Translations under genes and position numbers: made by a program
Shown: positions 21,095-30,187 of the stretch, piece after piece
Layout of the letters: every line of letters begins with the position of its first letter
How positions within the stretch are numbered: position 1 is the first letter of the stretch
NCBI GenBank assembly: GCA_050741585.1
Contig: JBOIFK010000267.1
Coordinates: forward strand, 1 to 39,576
Direction: 5' to 3'
DNA length: 39,576 bases
DNA from: Nitrosospira sp.
Lineage (GTDB): Bacteria; Pseudomonadota; Gammaproteobacteria; Burkholderiales; Nitrosomonadaceae
Notes under the pieces: model-generated
The model's input: only the letters and a program-made list of their open reading frames with translations
Databases searched by the model: none
What the model was told of the DNA's origin: nothing

Positions 21095-21100
21095 ATTATA
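21095..21100 (-). promoter_or_regulatory. Sigma-70 -10 element of the tRNA-Lys promoter
   Basis: TATAAT followed by a GC-rich discriminator (GCCCG), 12 nt before the mature tRNA. Confidence 0.7.
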
Positions 21101-21209
21101 CCGGCTCACCCCCTTCGATATAAAGTTTTTTGGATCAAGCTTTCCTGTTGCGCAAATTGCCTTGCTATAGCTGTTTCGCCGCAAAATTTCTGGTTTAAAC
21201 TGTCGGTAT

Positions 21210-22352
21210 GTGGGGAACTCATTCTTGAGCAGTGATGTTATCGTAGTCGGCGGCGGGATCGCCGGGCTGGCCACCGCGTACGAATTGTTGCAGCTTGGGG
21301 CGAGGGTGATCGTACTGGAGCGTACTTGCGGCGCGCGTGGGGCATCGTGGGCGGGCGCGGGCATCCTTTCGCCACTGTTGCCGTGGGATTACCCAGAGCC
21401 GGTGACGCAGCTGACGCAGTTGAGCAACCGGCTATTTCCCCGATTTATTGAAGTGCTGCGGCGGGAAACAGGCATCGACCCGGAATACCGGGCCAGTGGC
21501 ATGCTGGTGCTGCCCGCTTCTTCCGGCGAAGGAAACAGAGCGCGAGACGGAGACTCGCAGGAAGCCCGCTATCGTGCAGCCGAATCCTGGTGCGCCCGCC
21601 ATGCTTTTCCCATGAGGCGTGTTGACTCTCATGAAATTGCGCCAGTACTTGCACGCAGCGAAGCGGCGCTTTGGCTGCCGGAGGTTTGCCAGGTACGCAA
21701 CCCCCGACTGTTGCAGGCACTGGCGAAGGCTGTCGAGTTGTCTGGCGGCTCCATCGTCGAACACGCCGAGGTTGCACGCTGGAAGATAGAGCGAGGGCGC
21801 GTCCAGTCGATCAGCACCAGACGGGGCGATAAGTATTCCGCCGACAGTTACATCATTGCTGCCGGAGCCTGGAGCCGGCAGCTTTTACGTGAATATGCGT
21901 TAAAGCTCGATATCTGGCCGGTACGGGGCCAGATTCTATTGTTCAAGGCACAGCCAAACCTGATTCACACGATTGTGCTGCAAGAACGGGGCAATTTTTA
22001 TCTGGTACCACGTCAGGATGGGCATATTCTTGCCGGCAGCACGCTGGAGGAAGCCGGATTCGATAAGCGGACGACTATCCGCACGAGGAAGGTATTGCTG
22101 GAAAAGGCGCGCACGCTGTTACCTGCATTGACTGAAGAGACCCTTGTCGGTCATTGGGCGGGACTCCGTCCTGGTTCGCCTGATAATATTCCCATTATTG
22201 ACAGCCACCCTGAACTCACGAACCTTTATCTTAACAGCGGCCACTATCGCTATGGCGTTACCATGGCGCCGGGCAGCGCGCATCTTCTGTCCAACATGAT
22301 CCTGAAGAAACCCCAGCCACTGGACATCGCGCCCTATCACTGGCCGCAGTAA
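21210..22352 (+). CDS. thiO: Glycine oxidase ThiO-like FAD oxidoreductase
   Basis: VVGGGIAG, ASWAGAGIL, PVRGQ, WAGLRP, GHYRYG; start may be TTG 21225. Confidence 0.8.
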   Translation: MGNSFLSSDVIVVGGGIAGLATAYELLQLGARVIVLERTCGARGASWAGAGILSPLLPWDYPEPVTQLTQLSNRLFPRFIEVLRRETGIDPEYRASGMLVLPASSGEGNRARDGDSQEARYRAAESWCARHAFPMRRVDSHEIAPVLARSEAALWLPEVCQVRNPRLLQALAKAVELSGGSIVEHAEVARWKIERGRVQSISTRRGDKYSADSYIIAAGAWSRQLLREYALKLDIWPVRGQILLFKAQPNLIHTIVLQERGNFYLVPRQDGHILAGSTLEEAGFDKRTTIRTRKVLLEKARTLLPALTEETLVGHWAGLRPGSPDNIPIIDSHPELTNLYLNSGHYRYGVTMAPGSAHLLSNMILKKPQPLDIAPYHWPQ

Positions 22353-22471
22353 CCAGGAAATTTTGCTTGCGAGCAGATTGTTTTGCGCAAAGCTCGTCCG
22401 CGCTTTATCCCCCACATGCGTGGTGATAATATTGCATCACTTCAATACGGGATCACAGGAAAAGGAGCATC

Positions 22472-23197
22472 ATGGCGGGTCACAGCAAGTGGGCGAATAT
22501 CAAACACAAGAAAGCCGCGCAGGATGCCAAGCGCGGCAAGATCTTCACCCGGCTCATCAAGGAAATTACCGTCGCCGCGCGAATGGGCGGAGGAGATCCC
22601 GCCAGCAATCCCCGATTGCGCCTGGCCGTCGATAAGGCTTACGAGCAAAACATGCCCAAGGACAATGTCGAGCGTGCGATCAAGCGCGGCAGCGGCGACC
22701 TCGAGGGTGTGAATTATGAAGAAATACGTTATGAAGGCTACGGTATCGCTGGTGCAGCCGTATTGGTCGACTGCATGACGGATAATCGTGTGCGTACCGT
22801 CGCGGATGTGCGCCACGCATTCACCAAGTACAGCGGCAATCTCGGCACCGACGGCTCGGTTGCGTTCCTGTTCAAGCATTGCGGGCAGCTGCTTTTTGCT
22901 CCTGGCACCGATGAAAACAAACTAATGGAAGTGGCATTGGAAGCGGGTGCCGATGATATCATCAGCAATGACGATGGCAGCATTGAAGTCATCACTGCAC
23001 CGTATGAATTTGTCGTAATCAGGACGGCATTGGAGAAAGCCGGTTTCAAGGCAGAGCTCGCCGAAGTGACAATGAAGCCTGCCAATGACGTTGTGTTGAC
23101 CGGCGATGATTCGATGAAAATGCAAAGACTGCTGGATGCGCTGGAAAATATCGATGATGTGCAGGAGGTGTATACAACTGCGGTGATTGGTGAATAG
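22472..23197 (+). CDS. yebC: YebC/PmpR family protein
   Basis: [34 protein letters not shown]; upstream of ruvC. Confidence 0.96.
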   Translation: MAGHSKWANIKHKKAAQDAKRGKIFTRLIKEITVAARMGGGDPASNPRLRLAVDKAYEQNMPKDNVERAIKRGSGDLEGVNYEEIRYEGYGIAGAAVLVDCMTDNRVRTVADVRHAFTKYSGNLGTDGSVAFLFKHCGQLLFAPGTDENKLMEVALEAGADDIISNDDGSIEVITAPYEFVVIRTALEKAGFKAELAEVTMKPANDVVLTGDDSMKMQRLLDALENIDDVQEVYTTAVIGE

Positions 23198-23221
23198 TTT
23201 GGCGTTATCCGAAATTCCGGA

Positions 23222-23272
23222 TTCGGGCGCATCGCTTTCGGGCGCATCGCTTTCGGGCGCATCGCTTTCGGG
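23222..23272. repeat. Perfect intergenic 15-bp tandem repeat TTCGGGCGCATCGCT, 3.4 copies
   Basis: Three identical units starting at 23222, 23237 and 23252, plus a partial TTCGGG. Confidence 0.95.
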
Positions 23273-23294
23273 ATCTCTCGTTGCAACATTGATC

Positions 23295-23399
23295 AATTCA
23301 AAAAATGGTTTTCGTATCAAGTGCTGTTGTGCCTGTCCGTTCCCGTTGGGCAACGGGAGACAGTTTGACCGGAAATCGCTTGGGTGCAATTTTTGAATT
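23295..23399. repeat. 105-bp nested imperfect palindrome
   Basis: AATTCAAAAA/TTTTTGAATT ends, inner paired blocks, central TCCCGTT-GGGC-AACGGGA stem. Confidence 0.7.
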
Positions 23400-23952
23400 T
23401 TGGAGCCGCATTTTTATCCCAGCAGGTAACAAAATCCGTATTCTTGGCATAGATCCCGGCTTGCGCATTACAGGCTTCGGGATCATCGATAAAACTGGCG
23501 GCAATTTGGCCTATGTCAGCAGTGGCTGTATCAAAACGCTGGATGGCGAACTCCCATCGCGCCTGAAATCCATCATGGATCATCTCAACGAAGTTATCGC
23601 ACAACACCGTCCTGATCAAGTCGCGGTGGAACAAGTGTTTGTCAATGTCAATCCGAAATCCACGCTGATGCTTGGACAGGCGCGCGGTGCGGCGATTTGC
23701 ACGGCGGTGCTGAACAATCTCACCGTCGCCGAATACACCGCGCTGCAAATCAAGCAGGCGGTGGTCGGCAAAGGTCATGCAAAAAAAGAACAGGTGCAGG
23801 AAATGGTGAAACGTCTGTTACAGCTTGCCGGCAGCCCTGGCGCGGATGCAGCGGATGCCCTCGCCTGCGCCATCTGTCACGCGCACGGCGGGCTGGGGCT
23901 GGGTGGCATTTCGACAGCGGGTTATCGCATGAAACGGGGGCGTCTCGTATGA
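23305..23952 (+). CDS. ruvC: Holliday junction resolvase (start uncertain; conserved domain begins near 23434)
   Basis: [34 protein letters not shown]. Confidence 0.93.
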   Translation: MVFVSSAVVPVRSRWATGDSLTGNRLGAIFEFWSRIFIPAGNKIRILGIDPGLRITGFGIIDKTGGNLAYVSSGCIKTLDGELPSRLKSIMDHLNEVIAQHRPDQVAVEQVFVNVNPKSTLMLGQARGAAICTAVLNNLTVAEYTALQIKQAVVGKGHAKKEQVQEMVKRLLQLAGSPGADAADALACAICHAHGGLGLGGISTAGYRMKRGRLV

Positions 23953-24070
23953 TTCCACGTGCGGCAGTTGACCGCTCATTCTTTCATTTAGGTGTCATGA
24001 TCCGGGAAGACATTTTGCGCCACTTTTCCTTCACCCATATGGTGAGTTTGTTACCACCGCCGGGATTCGA

Positions 24071-24664
24071 ATGATCGGCAGGATAACGGGATTGTTGCTG
24101 GAAAAGCTTCCGCCGCTGGTGCTGGTTGACGTGCAGGGGGTTGGTTATGAAATTGATGTGCCGATGAGCACGTTCTATCATTTGCCTGCCGTCGGTGCGC
24201 AAATCACGCTCCACACGCATCTCGTGGTGCGCGAAGACGTGCATCTGCTTTTCGGTTTTGCCACTGAAGCGGAGCGGCAGGCTTTTCGTCAGCTCGTGAA
24301 GATTTCCGGTGTCGGTGCGAGAATCGCCCTGGCTTTGCTGTCTGGCCTGAGCGTGGCCGACTTGTACCAAGCGGTGGCGGCGGAGGATAGCGGACGGCTG
24401 GTCAAAATCCCCGGCATCGGAAAAAAAACTGCCGAACGTTTGTTGCTGGAATTGCGCGACAAGCTTCAATCCGGCGTGGCCGGCGCAACAGGCGCAACCG
24501 GTGCTGCGCTTTCTTCAGGGACTGGCGGCGACGTGCTCAATGCGCTGTTGTCTCTGGGTTATAATGAGCGTGAAGCCGGTTGGGCGATCAGGCAGTTACC
24601 GCCGGACGTTGCTGTCTCCGACGGCATACGGCAAGCATTGAAACTTCTATCAAAAGAAAAGTAG
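24071..24664 (+). CDS. ruvA: Holliday junction DNA-binding protein
   Basis: [34 protein letters not shown]. Confidence 0.97.
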   Translation: MIGRITGLLLEKLPPLVLVDVQGVGYEIDVPMSTFYHLPAVGAQITLHTHLVVREDVHLLFGFATEAERQAFRQLVKISGVGARIALALLSGLSVADLYQAVAAEDSGRLVKIPGIGKKTAERLLLELRDKLQSGVAGATGATGAALSSGTGGDVLNALLSLGYNEREAGWAIRQLPPDVAVSDGIRQALKLLSKEK

Positions 24665-24741
24665 CGGTCTGGAAAGAAGGCTAAGCTCGCACCTTTAAAT
24701 TTCACCATCGATTTGCAAACCGCGCGAAACGTCTTATTTGA

Positions 24742-25782
24742 ATGATTGAAACCGATCGATTAATTGCCTCCGCGCCCGTTTCCCTTCAGGAAGAGGATCT
24801 GGAGCGTGCGCTACGTCCCAAGCATCTGGACGAATATGTCGGCCAGGAAAAGATTCGTGGGCAGCTGCAGATATTCATCGAAGCGGCAAGGCGGCGCAGG
24901 GAAGCGCTCGACCACGTACTGCTGTTTGGCCCCCCAGGTTTGGGCAAGACCACGCTTGCGCATATCATTGCTAGGGAAATGGGGGTAAGTTTGCGTCATA
25001 CTTCCGGCCCGGTACTGGAGCGCCCGGGAGATCTGGCAGCTTTGCTGACCAACCTTGAATCCAACGATGTGCTGTTTATCGACGAGATTCATCGCCTTTC
25101 CCCGGTGGTGGAGGAGATCCTTTACCCTGCGCTGGAGGATTATCAGCTTGATATCATGATCGGTGAAGGCCCCGCCGCCCGGTCAGTCAAGCTTGATTTG
25201 CCGCCGTTTACCCTGGTTGGCGCCACCACGCGGGCGGGCATGCTGACCAACCCGTTGCGTGATCGTTTTGGCATCATCTCACGCCTCGAATTTTATTCGG
25301 TAGAGGAATTGACCAAGATCGTGACCCGCTCGGCGGGGCTGCTGAACGTGGAAATCTCCCCCGATGGGGCCATAGAAATCGCGCGCCGCTCGCGCGGAAC
25401 GCCACGCATCGTCAATCGCCTTCTGCGGCGCGTCCGCGATTTCGCTGAAGTCAAAGCCAATGGTCACATTACCCGCCCCGTGGCGGACGCGGCATTGATC
25501 ATGCTGGACGTCGACCTCCTTGGTCTCGATGTGATGGATAGAAAGCTGCTGCTGGCGGTGATGGAGAAATTCGGCGGTGGCCCGGTGGGCGTGGATAATC
25601 TCGCCGCCGCCATCAGCGAAGAGCGTGGCACCATCGAAGATGTTCTGGAACCTTATCTGATCCAGCAGGGCTACATGAAGCGTACCCCGCGCGGCCGCAT
25701 GGCCACAGTCATCGCTTATCAGCATTTTGGCATGGCGCTGCCGAAGAATGGGCTGAGCGGCGAGTTGTGGGGAGAAGGTTAG
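24742..25782 (+). CDS. ruvB: Holliday junction helicase
   Basis: [32 protein letters not shown]. Confidence 0.98.
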   Translation: MIETDRLIASAPVSLQEEDLERALRPKHLDEYVGQEKIRGQLQIFIEAARRRREALDHVLLFGPPGLGKTTLAHIIAREMGVSLRHTSGPVLERPGDLAALLTNLESNDVLFIDEIHRLSPVVEEILYPALEDYQLDIMIGEGPAARSVKLDLPPFTLVGATTRAGMLTNPLRDRFGIISRLEFYSVEELTKIVTRSAGLLNVEISPDGAIEIARRSRGTPRIVNRLLRRVRDFAEVKANGHITRPVADAALIMLDVDLLGLDVMDRKLLLAVMEKFGGGPVGVDNLAAAISEERGTIEDVLEPYLIQQGYMKRTPRGRMATVIAYQHFGMALPKNGLSGELWGEG

Positions 25783-25878
25783 CAGTCATTAAACGTGGCA
25801 TGATCAATGTCACATGCTCCAAGCTCCAAGCGATACGTGAAATTTCTCGGCGAGAGAAATTCTAAATTCCGAATAAAA

Positions 25879-26301
25879 ATGCCCATTTCAATCCCTAATT
25901 CAATTTTCACTCTGCCGGTGCGGGTGTATTATCAGGACACCGATGCGGGCGGGGTGGTTTATCATTCGACTTATCTAAATTTCATGGAACGCGCACGGTA
26001 TGAATGGTTGCGGGAACTGGGTTTCGATATTCATTCGCTCGTCCAGGTCCACAGGGTGATTTTCATGATACGTTCGGTTAGTATCGAATACTTTAAACCG
26101 GCATTGCCGGATGATTTGTTGCATATCACCGCGCAAGCGGTGGAAATTGGCAGAAGCCGCATCACACTTTCCCAGCATGTGCTGCGGGACGCCGTCACGC
26201 TGGTCGGTGCCACTGTGCATGCGGTATGTGTGGGCGCCGACAGCCTCAAGCCGGTGAGCGTGCCCACGCCGCTTCGTCACAAACTTGGAAAACTCTCATG
26301 A
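25879..26301 (+). CDS. ybgC: Tol-Pal-associated acyl-CoA thioesterase
   Basis: VRVYYQDTDAGGVVYH...FMERAR; precedes tolQ. Confidence 0.92.
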   Translation: MPISIPNSIFTLPVRVYYQDTDAGGVVYHSTYLNFMERARYEWLRELGFDIHSLVQVHRVIFMIRSVSIEYFKPALPDDLLHITAQAVEIGRSRITLSQHVLRDAVTLVGATVHAVCVGADSLKPVSVPTPLRHKLGKLS

Positions 26302-26984
26302 GCCCAACGGTTACTCAGGATATGTCCCTTTTTACCCTCATCGCGAGCGCCAGTTTGCCGGTGCAACTGGTGATGGCGCTGTTGTTGCTGACTTCATTTT
26401 TGTCGTGGTGGTTTATTTTCCGCAAGCTGTTTGTCATTCGACAGGCGATGAGGCAGAGCGATGAGTTCGAGAATGTCTTCTGGAAAGGACCGGATCTCAA
26501 CGCACTTTTTCAAAGTGCTGCCGGCGCGCGCCATACCGCCGGAAGCATGGAGCGGATTTTTGAGGCGGGATTTCGTGAGTTCATGAAGCACAAACGTCAG
26601 CCGGGAATGGACATCAGCACCGTGATGGATGGTACACGCCGGGCAATGCGCGCCACATATCAACGAGAAATGGACAGTCTTGAATCGCACTTGTCATTTC
26701 TGGCAACGGTGGGTTCGGTGAGCCCTTACGTCGGCCTGTTCGGCACCGTCTGGGGCATCATGAATTCTTTCCGGGGGCTGTCCAACGTCACCCAGGCCAC
26801 GATCGCCCACGTCGCACCAGGGATTGCGGAAGCGCTGATAGCGACTGCGATGGGATTGTTTGCTGCGATTCCGGCGGTCATCGCCTACAACAGGTATGCG
26901 AACAGCATGGATCGCCTGGCAACCCGTTTTGAGAGCTTCATGGAAGAGTTGTCCAACGTCTTGCAGCGGCAGGCGACCGGATGA
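26298..26984 (+). CDS. tolQ: TolQ
   Basis: LATVGSVSPYVGLFGTVWGIM, APGIAEALIATA; ATGA overlap with ybgC. Confidence 0.96.
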   Translation: MSPTVTQDMSLFTLIASASLPVQLVMALLLLTSFLSWWFIFRKLFVIRQAMRQSDEFENVFWKGPDLNALFQSAAGARHTAGSMERIFEAGFREFMKHKRQPGMDISTVMDGTRRAMRATYQREMDSLESHLSFLATVGSVSPYVGLFGTVWGIMNSFRGLSNVTQATIAHVAPGIAEALIATAMGLFAAIPAVIAYNRYANSMDRLATRFESFMEELSNVLQRQATG

Positions 26985-27008
26985 AGGTAATTTCATGGGA
27001 CAGATATT

Positions 27009-27425
27009 GTGACTGAGCGCCGCGCCAAACGTCGCCTCATGAACGAGATAAACGTTGTGCCGTATATTGACGTCATGCTGGTGCTGCTTGTGATTTTCAT
27101 GATTACGGCGCCGCTTATCAGCCCCGGCCAGATTGAGTTGCCGCAAATTGGCAAATCCCTTGCCCCCCCGGTTGCACCACTGGAGGTGGTCATCAAGGCC
27201 GACGGCAGCCTGAGTCTGCACGACCGTGCCAAGCCGGGCGGCGAACAGAAAGTCAGTCGCACCGAGCTGGTTGAGGCGATCAAACAGAAACAGGCGCAAA
27301 ACACCGAGCAGCCGGTAGTGATTGCTGGCGACAAAAGCGTGCGCTACGAAGAAGTGATAAACGTGATGGATATCCTGCAACAGCAGCAGGTAAAGAAAGT
27401 GGGGCTGCTGGCTACACCGAAATGA
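27009..27425 (+). CDS. tolR: TolR
   Basis: EINVVPYIDVMLVLLVIFMITAP; GDKSVRY. Confidence 0.95.
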   Translation: MTERRAKRRLMNEINVVPYIDVMLVLLVIFMITAPLISPGQIELPQIGKSLAPPVAPLEVVIKADGSLSLHDRAKPGGEQKVSRTELVEAIKQKQAQNTEQPVVIAGDKSVRYEEVINVMDILQQQQVKKVGLLATPK

Positions 27426-27462
27426 GCGGAAGCGAGCTGGGGCGACCGCATATGAGCCTACG

Positions 27463-28289
27463 ATGAGTGCAATGGCATGGCGAGATTCCTCGCATCCTGA
27501 ACCAGGACGGGTGCCGGCAGGAGTGTTGGCGGTACTGGTCCATCTGATTTTTTTTGCGTTTATGATTTTCGGCCTCAATTGGAAAACATATCCGCCGGAA
27601 GGCATGGTGGTGGATTTATGGAGCAGTCTGCCTCAGCCGGTTATTAAAGCAGTGCCGCCGCCACCGGTATTCCAGCCGGTCGAGCCGCCTGCCGAAGTAA
27701 AGCCGTTGCCGCCAAGGCCGGAGACGCCGCAGGTGCCGCCGCCTCCCAAGCCTGATATTGCACTCAAGGAAAAAATCGAGAAACCTAAACCGGTGGAAAA
27801 AAGGAACCGGTACAGAAGGATCTGAAAGAACAGAAGGAAAAAGAGCGGAAAGAAAAGGAACGGAAAGAAAAAGAATTGAAAGCGCAAAAAGAGAAGGAAT
27901 TGAAGGATCAGCAAGCAAGGGTGGCGGCTGAAGTGGAGCAGCTTCAGCGAGAACAGGAAGCGAATGCCAAGGCTCAGGCGCAGGCAGCGGCACAATCCCG
28001 CGTGGCGAACGAGATAGACGAATACAAGGCCAAAATCCTTGCCAAAATCAAAAGCCACATTGTCATGCCCCCCGATCTGCCTGGCAATCCGGTCGCGGAA
28101 TTCGACGTCACATTGCTGCCGGGTGGTGACGTTCTCGATGTGAAGCTGCGCAAAAGCAGCGGGTTTGCCGCTTTTGACGATGCCGTAGAGCGTGCCATTT
28201 TCTTATCCAAGCCGCTTCCGCTGCCACCCGACCCCGCATTGTTTCCGAGATTTCGCAATCTAAACCTCAAAGTACATTACCGCGAATGA
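27463..28289 (+). pseudogene. tolA: TolA split by a one-base frameshift at the A6 run 27797-27802 (ORFs 27463-27825 and 27876-28289); about 275 aa if one A is restored
   Basis: TM with His (AVLVHLIF) and Pro-rich linker in one frame; K/E-rich helix and C-terminal KSSGFAAFDDAVERAI domain in the -1 frame; lies between tolR and tolB; may be an assembly error. Confidence 0.85.
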
Positions 28290-28290
28290 C

Positions 28291-28307
28291 TGTTATAATT
28301 TATAACA
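28291..28307. promoter_or_regulatory. Palindrome TGTTATAA-T-TTATAACA containing a perfect extended -10 (TGnTATAAT); candidate internal tolB promoter or operator
   Basis: Exact 8-1-8 inverted repeat just after the tolA stop. Confidence 0.6.
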
Positions 28308-28335
28308 TTTTTGCGAATCTCTGAGGGTTGTTCCT

Positions 28336-29634
28336 ATGCGGATTGGCTTGCCTAAATTTCCCCCGTATGTCTTTGTCTTGTTCCTGTGGTTGGCCGCCGC
28401 GCCTGCCCATGCCGCACTCGACATCGAAATTTTCGGCGGTGGTGCGACGCAAATTCCTATTGCTATTGTTCCATTCGCTCATGAAGAAAAGCTCAGCCAA
28501 AGCATCACGTCAGTGGTTGCCGCCGATTTGCAGCGCAGTGGCCTGTTTAAACTGATTGATCCGGCCGGCCTCGCACCACATGAGCCGGTTGAAGTTGTCT
28601 ATCCGGAATGGATCGGTCGCGGTGCCGGTGCGCTGGTAATCGGCAGCACGATCACCCTGCCCGGCGGACAAGTGGCTGTGCGCGTTGGTCTGCTGGATGT
28701 CGCTAAACAGGTGCAGCTGGCCAGCTACAGCGAGACAGTTCCTGCCGGACAATTGCGTGCCGCCGCCCATCGAATTGCTGATTTGATTTATGAAAAACTG
28801 ACTGGTGACGCAGGCGTATTCAGCACCCGCATCGCCTACGTGGTCAAAGAGGGAAAAAAATACTCGCTGCAAGTGGCGGATGCGGACGGTTTTAATGCCC
28901 AGCCGGTAATTGAATATACAGAGCCGATTATTTCGCCCACGTGGTCGCCGGACGGGACGCGGCTGGCGTACGTGTCCTTCGAGAACAAGAAGCCGGTGGT
29001 TTACGTACAGACGCTTGCGACACGGGCGCGCAAGGCAGTCGCCAATTTCAGGGGAAGCAACAGCGCGCCGGCCTGGTCGCCGGATGGAAAAAAGCTGGCG
29101 GTGGTGCTGTCCCTGATGGGGGGATCGCAGATATTTTTGATAAACGCTGATGGCGGCGGCATGCAGAGGCTCAGTCAAAGTTCTGGAATCGACACCGAAC
29201 CCAGCTTTTCACCCGATGGCCAGTCGATTATCTTTACCTCCGACCGGGGCGGCAGTCCGCAGATTTATCGTATGCAAATAACAGGACGTGCGTCTGGAAC
29301 GGCAGAGCGCCTGACTTTCGAAGGCAGCTACAATGTCAGCCCTGATTATAGTCGCGATGGAAAAAGCTTTACATTCATTCATCGCAATGGCGATAGATTC
29401 AATGTCGCGATCCAAGACTTGGCCACTCGTCAGGTGCAATTGCTGACTGACTCGAAATTCGATGAGTCTCCCAGTTTTGCCCCCAACGGCAGGATCATCT
29501 TATATGCAACCGAGGTAAAGGGTCGTGGTATATTATCCGCTGTAACAAGTGATGGCAGAACAAGGCAACAGCTTTCAACGCAAGCTGGTGACGTAAGGGA
29601 GCCGGCCTGGGGGCCTTTGCCAAGACCGCAATAA
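28336..29634 (+). CDS. tolB: Tol-Pal beta-propeller protein
   Basis: Signal peptide, DLQRSGLF, repeated P-x-W/F-S-P-D-G blades. Confidence 0.96.
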   Translation: MRIGLPKFPPYVFVLFLWLAAAPAHAALDIEIFGGGATQIPIAIVPFAHEEKLSQSITSVVAADLQRSGLFKLIDPAGLAPHEPVEVVYPEWIGRGAGALVIGSTITLPGGQVAVRVGLLDVAKQVQLASYSETVPAGQLRAAAHRIADLIYEKLTGDAGVFSTRIAYVVKEGKKYSLQVADADGFNAQPVIEYTEPIISPTWSPDGTRLAYVSFENKKPVVYVQTLATRARKAVANFRGSNSAPAWSPDGKKLAVVLSLMGGSQIFLINADGGGMQRLSQSSGIDTEPSFSPDGQSIIFTSDRGGSPQIYRMQITGRASGTAERLTFEGSYNVSPDYSRDGKSFTFIHRNGDRFNVAIQDLATRQVQLLTDSKFDESPSFAPNGRIILYATEVKGRGILSAVTSDGRTRQQLSTQAGDVREPAWGPLPRPQ

Positions 29635-29674
29635 TTTTGAACTTGGTATTTTAGCTAACCTTAAAGGGATGAAA

Positions 29675-30187
29675 ATGAAAAAGATATTTGGCGTGTTATT
29701 GATCAGTTTGTTATCGGCATGCGCCAGCCAGACCACGCAACCGACTGCCGAGGTGGAGGATAAGTCCGTAGGCGCCAGGCCGGCGGAAAGTGATACCACA
29801 GCTCGAGAAGCCGCTCCTACCCTTAATCCTCTTACTGATCCGAGCAACATCTTGTCCAAACGCAGTGTTTATTTTGATTTCGACAGTTACGTGGTGAAAG
29901 ATGAATACCGATCTCTGGTACAGGCTCATGCCCAGTATCTGCGCGACAACTCCAACGCCAGAGTGCTGCTGCAAGGTAATACCGACGAACGTGGCAGCCG
30001 GGAGTACAACCTTGCACTGGGTCAACGACGCGCTGACGCCGTTAAGCACGCAATGACGTTGTCAGGAGCCAGGGAATCCCAAATCGAGTCTGTCAGTCTG
30101 GGCGAAGAGAAACCGCGGGGGGTGGACCATGATGAGTCCTCGTGGGCCGAGAACCGCCGCACGGATATTCGCTATCAGGGCGAGTGA
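29675..30187 (+). CDS. pal: Peptidoglycan-associated lipoprotein
   Basis: Lipobox LSAC, VYFDFD, GNTDERGSREYNLALGQRRA, ENRR; alternative start 29669. Confidence 0.96.
   Translation: MKKIFGVLLISLLSACASQTTQPTAEVEDKSVGARPAESDTTAREAAPTLNPLTDPSNILSKRSVYFDFDSYVVKDEYRSLVQAHAQYLRDNSNARVLLQGNTDERGSREYNLALGQRRADAVKHAMTLSGARESQIESVSLGEEKPRGVDHDESSWAENRRTDIRYQGE

Noticed and set aside
20999..21364. 473-aa version of the hydrolase ORF
   Set aside because: The extension crosses the tRNA and runs antisense to thiO; family similarity starts only near 20960.
23222..23272. Possible CRISPR array
   Set aside because: The units are contiguous 15-mers without spacers, and there are no cas genes.
22738..23396. 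ORFs with PKAMR, SDAPE or SGASL repeats
   Set aside because: They are translations of the non-coding 15-bp tandem repeat, mostly antisense to yebC.
23953..24070. LexA box upstream of ruvA
   Set aside because: No CTGT-N8-ACAG found.
29639..29665. Sigma-E-like GAACTT-N16-TTAAA before pal
   Set aside because: The implied TSS would fall at or after the SD and first ATG, and the -10 match is imperfect.
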